Assembly (NCBI GenBank): GCA_048320885.1
Contig: JBLWFJ010000001.1
Coordinates: forward strand, 1,669,642 to 1,733,641
Length of the DNA: 64,000 bases
From: Nannocystaceae bacterium ST9
GTDB lineage: Bacteria > Myxococcota_A > Polyangia > Nannocystales > Nannocystaceae
Direction of reading: 5' to 3'
Shown: positions 1 through 8,115 of the stretch, in pieces
How positions within the stretch are numbered: position 1 is the first letter of the stretch
Layout of the letters: each line of letters begins with the position of its first letter
Position numbers and translations under genes: made by a program
The notes under the pieces: model-generated
What the model was told of the DNA's origin: nothing
What the model saw: the letters and a program-made list of their open reading frames with translations, nothing else
Database searches by the model: none

Positions 1-3000
1 CATCATCGGTATGTGGCGGCCGATCCGTCCCGTCGACCTCTCCACTCGTGCTCTTCTTGGACCCCGGCGCGCCGTCGGTGTCCCCGGTGTGCCCGAGCCC
101 GAGCACGTCGACCTGCACGAGCGGGTTCGCGCAGTACGCATACAGATTGACCTCGCTGCCGCGGTACCCGATCGGATCACTCTGAAGGTACCTCCCGAGC
201 CCCGGATCATAATACCGGTAACGATTGTAATGCAACCCCGTGTCGGCGTCGTAGTAGTGACCCGGCCAGCGCAGGGCATACTCGATCGTCGAGCCCGGGT
301 GCACGTCGACGCCCCCGTAGGGATCGATCCGCTGGGCCCACCAGACGACCGTGCCGTGCTCGTCCTCGATGTGCAGCGGCATGCCGATGCCGTTGCCGAA
401 CACGTGGAAGAGCCGGCCCTGCTCGGGCGCGGCGTCGCGGCTCTGGTAGTCGACGAAGGCGATCGGGGCGAGCGCGTCGTGGCCGGCGTAGACGTAGATC
501 CGCAGCTTTCCGTCGGGGCCCTGCTCGGCGGCCAGGCGGTCGCCGTCCCACCAGAACTCGCGCCGACGATCGCCGCGCTGCGTCCACAGTCGCCGGCCGA
601 TCGCGTCGTAGCCGGCTCGCCAGAGCGCGCCGCCGACCTCGACCCGGGTCAGCATGTCGAAGCTGTCGTAGTGGTAACGCGTGACGGCGCCTTCGCGGTG
701 GCGGCGAGCGGCGAGCCGGTCGCGGGCGTCGTACTCGTAGAGTTCGTGGGCGGTGGCCAGCGCGAGGTTGTTGGGGCCGACCTCGAGCCGCGAGACGCCG
801 GGCTTGTGGACCAGGTTGCCGGCGGCGTCGTGCTCGTAGGCAAGCCGCTCGCCGCTCGGCGTGAGCGCTTCGATCAGGCGATGGGCCGCGTCGACGCGAA
901 AGCTGGTCGTGCCGCGGGCCGAGTCGGACTCGCGCAGCAGGTCGCCCTCGGGCGAGTAGACGCAGCGCGTGCCCCAGGCGATCCGCTGGCCGGTGGCGTC
1001 GCGCTTGCTGGTCATGCGGGCCTCGAGTCGGCCCTCGTGATCGTACTGCTGCCAGTCGAGCGTGCCGTTGCCGAGCTCGCACACGACCACGCCCTCGTGG
1101 GTATGACGGATCCGAATCACGGCCCCGTTGGGCGCGACGATCCGATGCTGATCGCGGCCGCGCTCGTGGACGATCTCGAAGCGATCGAGCACGCGGGTCC
1201 GCTCGCGTCCGCCCTGCTCGTGGCGGCGCTCGAGCCCCTCGCCGTCGCGGCGATCGATCGCCCGCCGACCGTGCAGGTCGTAGGCCATGCGAACCTCGTG
1301 GGCCTCGGTCGAGGCCTCGACGATCCGCCCGCGCGCGTCGTAGTCGAAGCGATGCTCGCCGCCGCTGGCCAGCTCGCGCCGACGGACGAAGTGGTTGGCG
1401 TGAAACTCGGCGTTGCGGAAGATCAGCCGACCCTCGCCGTCGTACTTGCCGACGAAGTGATCGCCGAGGTCGTACTCGTAGACATCGCGCAGTCGATCGC
1501 CGCGCCAGACCTGGGTCAGCCGCTCGCCCTTGTCGTAGCCCCAGTGGGTCGTGTTGCCGAGCGGGTCGCTCAGCGCGATCATCTGCTCGATCGTCGACCA
1601 GTGATGGCGAGTGACGTGGCCGAGCGGGTCGATGCGCTGGCCGATCAGGTTCCACGAGGTCGTCGTCCAGGCCCGAACCTGGCCGTCGCGATCGGCTTGC
1701 GCGATCAGGTTGCCGGCGGCGTCGTACTGCCAGCGGCGCGTGCGTCCGAGCGCGTCGACCTCGAGCAGCTTGCGACCGAGCGGATCGAGCTCGACGCGCG
1801 GCTCGACCGGCGTCCGTGCGCCGCGGCGACGAAAGAGCGTGTGGGCGAAGTCCTGCAGGTCGCTCGGGATCTCGTCGAGCAGCAGGCCGCTCGCGCCGAA
1901 CATCGCGGCGTCGTCGGGCTCGATCGCCCCGCCGAAGTTGCGGCCGAGCGCAGTGGTGGCCAGGTCGCGGGCGAAGGGATCGCCGAGCTTGGCCTGCTCG
2001 AGTTCGGGCGGGTGCAGGTAGCCGAAGCGATCGCGGCGGGCGTAGTGGGCATCGTCGGCGTCGTAGAGCCACGCGAGCTCGCGGCCACCGGGATCGATCT
2101 CGCGCAGGATTCGGCCCTCGCCGTCGCGCTCGCGGATCGTCGCGGCGCCCTGGGGATTGACGATCTTGCCGATGAACCCGTCCTTGTCGTAGTGAAATTC
2201 CCAGACGGCCTCGTTGCCCTCGCTGTAGCGGGTGTAGCCGTCGTCGGGGAAATACTCGACGGCGGCCTGCCACAGGCCGTCTTGCCCGCTCGCCCACACG
2301 CAGCGGCCCTGCTCGTCGTAGCGAAACGAATAGGCGTAATTGCGAGGATCGATCTGTCGGGTCCAGAAATGCTTGGCATCGTATTCGTAGGCCCACTCGC
2401 CGCCGGCGGCGTCGCGGACCCGCACGAGCTCACCGATCGGCGAATAGGTCGCGGCGAACCGAACGATCGAAGGATTGCCGCGTTCGACGATCGCGGTGAT
2501 CCGGCCGGCGGCGTCGTGCTGAAAGTCGTAGATCCTGCGGTCGCGGGCCTGCTCGCGCGACGCGTCGACGCAGGTGGTCAGCCGGCCGCGATCGTCGTAT
2601 TCGAACGCGAGCTCGCGGGTCTCGCTGTGCAGGCCGATCAAGGGGAGCGGGCCCGCGAACATGTCGCCGGCGAAGATCATGGTCGGCTCGCCGCGGGTCG
2701 CGAGCTCGTAGCGATCACGATGGATCCGCGTCAATCGGTAGCCGTGCGCCCGACACAGCGACTCGCCGCGCGCGAACTTGGGAAATTCGAATGCGACGCC
2801 GTCCCAATCGACGAATGTGGTCTGGTGGAGGCGAACGTCGAGCGTGCGCTGATGGAGGTGGCGAAACCCGAACCCGAGCGGGCCGTCGACGTGCGCCCGC
2901 GCGGTCGTGTAGTGCCGCTTCCATGTGAAGAGCCCGGGCGAGACGAAGTCGGTGAAGCGATCGAAATTCTCGCCGGTGACCAGATAGATCGGGTGCGAGC

Positions 3001-3919
3001 CATTGCCACAATGCGCGTTGGCCCGCCGCGACGAGCGGAGCTTCTTGGCCGCGTTGGCCAGCGCCTTGAGCCCCTTCATCAGGGCGCCGACGACCATGTC
3101 GCCGATCGGTGGGCAGGGGAATCCGCCGATCAGCACGGTCGGCGTGGGCGGCCCGACCAGCGCGCCCATGCCCGGCGGGATCCCGGGGTCCTTGCCGCAG
3201 AGCAGCTTGATCGCGAGCACGGCCGCGTCGGCGGCGGCCTGGGCCGCGGCCGCGGCCTGACCGGTGGCGATCGCCCCGGCCGCGCCCGCGATCACGCCCG
3301 CGCCACCCATCGCGATCGCGAAGGGCCCCATCGAGGTCGGATTGCAGTGCTTGGTGAGATCGAGGATCCGCGCGGCCCGGGCCCCGCCGACGAACACGTT
3401 GCTCGAGCCGGTGAACACCTCGAAGGGCGGCGCGAGCGAGCCACAAGTGACCGAGATCCCGATGTCGCCGGCGCGGGCGAGCGGTAGGCCGCAGCCGAGC
3501 ACCGAGATCGCCCCGGAGCCGACCAGCATGCCGATGCTCGGCAGGGGCACCGGCGGCGCGGGTGGGATCAGCGAAGGCGGATGCGCGTGGGCGTGCGGCA
3601 TGCCGACATGCATGCCCAGCAAGGTGATCGCCGGCATCGCGGGGAAGAGCGCGGCGATCGGGGCGGTGAAGCCCGCGAACGCCTGATCGATGATCTGCTG
3701 GGGCGCGCCGACGACCCCGAGCACGCCGCCGAGCCCCTGCGCGACCCAGCCGGCCGCGCCCTGCTCGGGCGGCGGCGCGCTCATGAAGGGCGCGGCGGTC
3801 GAGTTGATCGCGTCGATCGCCGAGTCGAGTCCCGGCGATCCGGTCGGCGCGAGCAGGGGCGCCGGAGGGTTCTGCGGGCGCGTCGAGGGGCGCGGGCGAT
3901 CCGAGGCGGCGTTGGTCAT
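1..3919 (-). CDS. PAAR-like / RHS (YD-repeat) polymorphic toxin protein, partial. The 3' end, the C-terminal toxin tip and its stop codon lie beyond position 1.
   Basis: The minus-strand frame is open from an ATG at 3919..3917 to the window edge. It is not in the ORF track because there is no in-window stop. The N-terminus reads MTNAASDRP... with a PAAR-like block (GMPHAHAHP...LPLARAGDIGISVTCGSL...LTKHC). Then comes the RHS N-region (GSHPIYLVTGENFDRFTDF), many YD repeats (EYDxxG.L, AYEYD) and the RHS core end ...GHYYDADTGLHYNRYRYYDPGLGRYLQSDPIGYRGSEVNLYAYCANPLVQVDVLGL at about nt 250..100. A variable tail begins after that (GHTGDTDGAPG...). The plus ORF 11..3487 is its antisense artefact. Confidence 0.85.
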   Translation of the reverse strand, partial: MTNAASDRPRPSTRPQNPPAPLLAPTGSPGLDSAIDAINSTAAPFMSAPPPEQGAAGWVAQGLGGVLGVVGAPQQIIDQAFAGFTAPIAALFPAMPAITLLGMHVGMPHAHAHPPSLIPPAPPVPLPSIGMLVGSGAISVLGCGLPLARAGDIGISVTCGSLAPPFEVFTGSSNVFVGGARAARILDLTKHCNPTSMGPFAIAMGGAGVIAGAAGAIATGQAAAAAQAAADAAVLAIKLLCGKDPGIPPGMGALVGPPTPTVLIGGFPCPPIGDMVVGALMKGLKALANAAKKLRSSRRANAHCGNGSHPIYLVTGENFDRFTDFVSPGLFTWKRHYTTARAHVDGPLGFGFRHLHQRTLDVRLHQTTFVDWDGVAFEFPKFARGESLCRAHGYRLTRIHRDRYELATRGEPTMIFAGDMFAGPLPLIGLHSETRELAFEYDDRGRLTTCVDASREQARDRRIYDFQHDAAGRITAIVERGNPSIVRFAATYSPIGELVRVRDAAGGEWAYEYDAKHFWTRQIDPRNYAYSFRYDEQGRCVWASGQDGLWQAAVEYFPDDGYTRYSEGNEAVWEFHYDKDGFIGKIVNPQGAATIRERDGEGRILREIDPGGRELAWLYDADDAHYARRDRFGYLHPPELEQAKLGDPFARDLATTALGRNFGGAIEPDDAAMFGASGLLLDEIPSDLQDFAHTLFRRRGARTPVEPRVELDPLGRKLLEVDALGRTRRWQYDAAGNLIAQADRDGQVRAWTTTSWNLIGQRIDPLGHVTRHHWSTIEQMIALSDPLGNTTHWGYDKGERLTQVWRGDRLRDVYEYDLGDHFVGKYDGEGRLIFRNAEFHANHFVRRRELASGGEHRFDYDARGRIVEASTEAHEVRMAYDLHGRRAIDRRDGEGLERRHEQGGRERTRVLDRFEIVHERGRDQHRIVAPNGAVIRIRHTHEGVVVCELGNGTLDWQQYDHEGRLEARMTSKRDATGQRIAWGTRCVYSPEGDLLRESDSARGTTSFRVDAAHRLIEALTPSGERLAYEHDAAGNLVHKPGVSRLEVGPNNLALATAHELYEYDARDRLAARRHREGAVTRYHYDSFDMLTRVEVGGALWRAGYDAIGRRLWTQRGDRRREFWWDGDRLAAEQGPDGKLRIYVYAGHDALAPIAFVDYQSRDAAPEQGRLFHVFGNGIGMPLHIEDEHGTVVWWAQRIDPYGGVDVHPGSTIEYALRWPGHYYDADTGLHYNRYRYYDPGLGRYLQSDPIGYRGSEVNLYAYCANPLVQVDVLGLGHTGDTDGAPGSKKSTSGEVDGTDRPPHTDD

Positions 3920-5154
3920 CGCGGCGCTCCTCGGCGAGCTTCGAGTTGCACGACCATGGCTCGCTCGCGCTCGAACTCCTGCTGCTCGCCACGCATGCCG
4001 GCCTGCCCGTAGAGCGCGGCCAGCTTGCCGGCGACCGACTTCCAGCAGTGCAGGTGCTGGTAGGTCCGGCACAGCTCGCGGGCGCGCGCATAGCTGGCCT
4101 GCGCGTCGGCGTGCCTGGCCTGCGCGAGCTGGGCGTCGCCGCGCTTCTCGTGCAGCTCGCAGTACGCGAAGGGGTTGAGCACGCCGGCCGCGACCTTGCT
4201 GCCCGAGTCGGCGTAGCTCTCGGCCTCGGCGTGCTGGCCGAGCGCCATGCAGACGTCGGTGATCGACGAGAGCGAGGTCAGCAAGACCGGCAGGCTCGCA
4301 CTGGCCAGCGCGAGCGCGACCGCCTGTTGCAGCCGCTGCTTGGCCATGACCGAGTCGCCGGCCGCGTGCAGCGTGTCGCCAGCGCCCTGCAGACACAGCG
4401 CCTGCAAGCCGGGCTGGCGCTCGCGCTCGTAGTAGTCGTGCAGCGCGGCGTACTTGTCGAGCGCGTCGGCGTGGCGTTTGTACGAGAAGTCGATCGCGGC
4501 CAGCTGCAAGAGGCAGAGCATGCGCTCGGGCACCGGCAGGCTGCGGTCGGCCGCGTCGAGCGAGAGCGAGTCGGTCAGCGCGGGCGTCGAGAAGTCGACC
4601 TCGTGGAGCAGCACGTGCTCGGCCGGCCACGAGCGCAGCGCGGGCCGCAGCAGCGGGCGCGCGAGGTCGTCCCAGGCGATCAAGCGCAGCGGGGCCATCC
4701 AGGCCGGAACCTCGGGGTGCGGGACCACGCCGGCGATCAACGCGGCGTAGGCCTCGAGGTCGCGGCACTCGAGCGGGAGCAGGCCGACGACGATCCGGTA
4801 CTCGTCGGGATCGGGCAGCAGGCGGGGCAGGAATTGCAGCAACTCGGCGAGCCGCGACGCGGGCGGACGACGAGGATCACTCAGCTCGAGCGGCAGCGCG
4901 GGCACGGGTCGCTCGGCGGCGTCGAGCTGAAGCCGGACGCTCTCGACCAGCGCGTCGATCCACGCGCCCGGGCTGGTGAAGGGCTGATGAAAGGCCGCGA
5001 TCAGGTGGCTCGGCAGCGTCTGCTCGAGCGACTGCAAGAACTTCAGGACATAGGCGAGATCGTCGGGTCGGGCCCCGATCACCAACATCGGAAATTCGTC
5101 TTGCTGAGCAAATTCGTCGAGCGCAGCTCTGAGCTGATCGAACTTCCGCTTCAT
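3916..5154 (-). CDS. Hypothetical cytoplasmic protein (412 aa) with a C-terminal TPR-like helical region. Its stop overlaps the RHS start (ATGA), so it may be an adaptor or chaperone.
   Basis: Track ORF 3916..5154 (-) has protein-like composition and no signal peptide. Its TGA at 3918..3916 overlaps the RHS ATG at 3919..3917, which suggests translational coupling. Confidence 0.7.
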   Translation of the reverse strand: MKRKFDQLRAALDEFAQQDEFPMLVIGARPDDLAYVLKFLQSLEQTLPSHLIAAFHQPFTSPGAWIDALVESVRLQLDAAERPVPALPLELSDPRRPPASRLAELLQFLPRLLPDPDEYRIVVGLLPLECRDLEAYAALIAGVVPHPEVPAWMAPLRLIAWDDLARPLLRPALRSWPAEHVLLHEVDFSTPALTDSLSLDAADRSLPVPERMLCLLQLAAIDFSYKRHADALDKYAALHDYYERERQPGLQALCLQGAGDTLHAAGDSVMAKQRLQQAVALALASASLPVLLTSLSSITDVCMALGQHAEAESYADSGSKVAAGVLNPFAYCELHEKRGDAQLAQARHADAQASYARARELCRTYQHLHCWKSVAGKLAALYGQAGMRGEQQEFERERAMVVQLEARRGAPR

Positions 5155-5172
5155 CGTCGACGAATGATCGTA

Positions 5173-6504
5173 TCACTCGCCGGCGATCTTGGGATTGATC
5201 GCTTCGGCCGCCGATCGCAATTCGGCGGCGCGCGGCTCGTCGCCCGACTTGGCGTAGACCTCCGCGGCGGCCCAGAACAGGTCGGCTCGCTTGGCCTTGG
5301 TCGCGAGGGCTTCGTCGATCACCGATTTTGCACCGACGACGTCACCGACCCCGAGCCGCGCCTGGGCCAGGTCTCGCTTGGCCTCGAGGTTGGGTCGGAG
5401 CCGATGGTTGGCCTCGGCCAGCTCGAGTGCCCGGCTGGCCGGCCCGAAGCTCAGGAAGTGGCCGAGCGCGTGGCCGTAGCTGGCCTCGGGAAACTGGATC
5501 AGCTCGGCTTCGAAGCGCTCGCTCGAACGATCGATCCACTGCTTGGCCCCGGCTTCGTCGCCGCGGGCCTGGGCGAGCTCGGCCAGCGCGTCCATGAACT
5601 CGCCCTTGTCGGTGCGCGCGACGATCGACTCGTAGAGCTCCGTCGCCTGGCTGGTCCGACCGGTCAGCACGCAAATCTCGGCGATGTGCTCGTCGAGCAA
5701 CCACCAGCCCGGGAGCAGCTCGGCGCCCTCGCGGTAGTGCTCGAACGCGTCGTCGTAGCGGCCACGATCGAGGTCCATCAGACCGAGCTGGAGATGGATC
5801 CACGCGCGGGCCTCGGGCCGCTCGCTCGCCGGTGGCCGGCTCGAGTCGTCGCCGACGATCGTCGCGAGTGCGTCGCGGTAGTGGGCCTCGGCGGCCTCGT
5901 AGTCGCCGGTCTGCCACAGCCACAGGGCCTGGCGCGAGAGCGTGGTCAAGTTGCGATCGAGCTCGAGCGCCTTGGCGATGTGCTTGCCCGCGGTCTCGTA
6001 GTCGCCGCGCTGCATGGCCAGATCGCCGCGCATGCCGGTGATCACCGCCTGCGTGGGTTCGTCGACCAGGATCGCCGCGGCCATGCGCTCGAGGTCGGGC
6101 TCGACCCGATCGACGCGGTGCATCGACAAGTTGAGCGCGGCGCGAGTCAGCACCGGACCCGCGCCCTCGGGTGCGCGTGCGAACGACTCGACCAACACCT
6201 GCTCGGCCTTGGCGTAGTCGCCGTAGTCGCCGCTCAGGCGCGCACGCAGCAGGTAGAGCCCGGCGAGCTTCTCGAGCACCATCCACGAAGTCGCCTGCTC
6301 GTCGGCGCGCGTGCGGGTCGCGGCGATCTGCTCGTCGAGATCGGCGAGCGCGTTGACGAAGGGCGCCTTGCTGCTCGCGAACTCGAGCGGCGCGGGCTCG
6401 CTGGACGCGGCCGGCTTGTCGGCGACCGGGCTGCTGGAGCGACAGCCCGAGCTCTCGATGAAGACGAGGGCGAGGGCGAAAGCGGGGGCGAGTCGGCGGA
6501 GCAT
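5173..6504 (-). CDS. TPR-repeat lipoprotein (443 aa).
   Basis: The N-terminus MLRRLAPAFALALVFIESSGC carries a lipobox. Repeated A/L/Y-rich helical TPR-like units run throughout. It sits 18 nt upstream of the 3916..5154 gene on the same strand. Confidence 0.75.
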   Translation of the reverse strand: MLRRLAPAFALALVFIESSGCRSSSPVADKPAASSEPAPLEFASSKAPFVNALADLDEQIAATRTRADEQATSWMVLEKLAGLYLLRARLSGDYGDYAKAEQVLVESFARAPEGAGPVLTRAALNLSMHRVDRVEPDLERMAAAILVDEPTQAVITGMRGDLAMQRGDYETAGKHIAKALELDRNLTTLSRQALWLWQTGDYEAAEAHYRDALATIVGDDSSRPPASERPEARAWIHLQLGLMDLDRGRYDDAFEHYREGAELLPGWWLLDEHIAEICVLTGRTSQATELYESIVARTDKGEFMDALAELAQARGDEAGAKQWIDRSSERFEAELIQFPEASYGHALGHFLSFGPASRALELAEANHRLRPNLEAKRDLAQARLGVGDVVGAKSVIDEALATKAKRADLFWAAAEVYAKSGDEPRAAELRSAAEAINPKIAGE

Positions 6505-6602
6505 CGGTGCGGCGGCGCGAGGTGGTGAAAGATCGTAGCGAAGTTCATGAAATGCGAAAGCTGCCCACGCCGAGGCGTGGGCAGCTTCGCATCGACGATC
6601 GC

Positions 6603-7313
6603 TCAGTGCGGATCGGCGAGGTAGGGGAAGTCGGCCAGGAATTCCTTGTCGTTGGCCGGCGGGTTGAGGGGCAGGCTGGCGAAGAGCAGCGGATCCTGAC
6701 CCATCACGCTGAGATCGAGCATCACCACCGCGAGCGTGACGTCGATGACCGGATCGGGCAGGGCGCGGCCGTTCGGGAAGCCGGGCTCTCCGGTCAGATC
6801 GATCTTGAGGGTGTCGGGGATCACCAGGGGTCCGGCCTGCGCCAGACAGTCGTTCGGGGCGCAGGGGACCGCTCCGAGGCCCATCAGATCGTCATCGAGC
6901 GCCATGTGAAGCGCCGTCACGTTCGCGCCGATCTCGTCGACGAAGTCGAGGTTGGCGTCGTCGCTCGGGTTGGCGGCGTTGTACTCGTCCTTCGAGGTGA
7001 TCACCGCGGTCGCGACCGCGGGCATGCCCATCCGGTCGACCCGCGTGTAGGCCTCGGGCGGATCCGCGGCGAACACGAAGGGATCCGGCGGATCGCCGGT
7101 CGTCGAGTCGGTGGTCTCCGTGGTGTCGGCCGTGTCGGACGAGGTCGTGTCGTCGGCCGTCGTGGTGTCGTCGGCCGTCGTGGTGTCGCCGGTCGTGTCG
7201 GCGGTCGTGTCGCCGATCTCGTCTTCACCTTCGTCGCTGCCACCGGGGCAGCCGGTGAGCAGCAGGGGCAGGGCAAGGCCGAGCAGGAGCGTGGAAGTCT
7301 GGAAGTTCTTCAT
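6603..7313 (-). CDS. Lipoprotein resembling the C-terminal half of the DUF4331 family (236 aa).
   Basis: The real start is an internal ATG of track ORF 6603..8147, read MKNFQTSTLLLGLALPLLLTGC (lipobox). The upstream part of that ORF is R-rich junk. A D/T-rich acidic linker follows. Motifs VDRMGMPAV and GFPNGRALPDPVIDV are recalled DUF4331 hallmarks. Confidence 0.6.
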   Translation of the reverse strand: MKNFQTSTLLLGLALPLLLTGCPGGSDEGEDEIGDTTADTTGDTTTADDTTTADDTTSSDTADTTETTDSTTGDPPDPFVFAADPPEAYTRVDRMGMPAVATAVITSKDEYNAANPSDDANLDFVDEIGANVTALHMALDDDLMGLGAVPCAPNDCLAQAGPLVIPDTLKIDLTGEPGFPNGRALPDPVIDVTLAVVMLDLSVMGQDPLLFASLPLNPPANDKEFLADFPYLADPH

Positions 7314-7324
7314 GGTCGTCCTCC

Positions 7325-7939
7325 TCACTTCCGGCCCGTGGTCGCCCAGAGTTGGATGTCTTCCGTGCCGACGGAGGCCACGTCCATCTCGACGACGATC
7401 GAGGTCACATTGGTGCCCGCGAAGTGGTCGTTGTTCGAGTCGAACATGACCGTGCCGGTCATCAGCGTGGCCTTGAAGCCATCGAGGTCGAAGAAGAAGG
7501 GATCGTCGCGCAGACCCGCGAACACCCGCAGGCCACCGCCCGCGTCGATCGTGGTCTCGACCGCACCCTCGACCAGCGCGTCGCCGCCGGGCAGATCGAC
7601 GACCTGCACGCCCCACTCGCCGGCGCCGTTCTGGCCGAAGCGAACCCAGGTGTCGAGATCGGGCTGGTTGTCGCCGTCGTTGTCGATGTGGATGCCGTAG
7701 AGCATGTCGGCGTCGTAGGTCGCGGGCGTTCCCGGCTCCTGCAAGCCGGCGAAGTCGACCACGACGACGAGCTTGCCGTCGGCCGTCCAGGCGTAGACGT
7801 CGGTGAGGTCGCCGGCCAGATCGGCCATGGTCCCGGGTGCTTCGGCGTGGTCCGCCGCGAACACTCCGGAGGTGCCGAGGGCGAGGGCTGCCACCGCACT
7901 CACTCCAAGGGTCAACGTAATCAGTCGTGTCTTTCGCAT
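7325..7939 (-). CDS. Secreted protein resembling the N-terminal half of the DUF4331 family.
   Basis: Track ORF 7325..7975 has a Sec signal, MRKTRLITLTLGVSAVAALALGTSGVFA|ADHAEAP, and ADHAEAP resembles the DUF4331 N-terminal SSHREAP-type motif. The motif RDDPFFFDLDGF is present. The gene ends 11 nt before the next gene. An alternative start is at 7975. Confidence 0.6.
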   Translation of the reverse strand: MRKTRLITLTLGVSAVAALALGTSGVFAADHAEAPGTMADLAGDLTDVYAWTADGKLVVVVDFAGLQEPGTPATYDADMLYGIHIDNDGDNQPDLDTWVRFGQNGAGEWGVQVVDLPGGDALVEGAVETTIDAGGGLRVFAGLRDDPFFFDLDGFKATLMTGTVMFDSNNDHFAGTNVTSIVVEMDVASVGTEDIQLWATTGRK

Positions 7940-8115
7940 GGTGTCGTCTCTCGTGCTCGGTCGTCGCCGAAGCACGTCGAGAAGTTACCTGACCCGTGCA
8001 GCCCGCGCGGACAAATTCGCCGCTTTCGCGAACTCTTCTCCAGGTCATGGACCAACCAACCCTGGAGCTTCCATCAGGCTCGCGATCAGCCTCGCAGTCG
8101 ATCGCGTGCCCTCGA

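Noticed and set aside
207-2396. R/P/S-rich minus-strand ORFs, for example 207..2396, 2715..4091, 5342..6286, 18834..20576, 22402..23478, 23466..25607 and 36179..37132.
   Set aside because: Arg/Pro/Ala homopolymer-like peptides are characteristic of the +1/-1 frames of high-GC coding DNA. They show no protein-like periodicity.
11-3487. Plus-strand 1158-aa ORF across the RHS locus. The same kind of ORF appears at 3946..6528 +, 16529..22009 +, 33337..37758 +, 49567..56727 +, 60145..63990 +, 25972..28917 -, 8270..10549 - and 15423..18467 - (upstream part).
   Set aside because: Composition is V/A/G/R/D/L-rich and there are no motifs. These ORFs run antisense to, or off-frame from, genes with clear family signatures. 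They are typical long spurious ORFs in 70% GC DNA.
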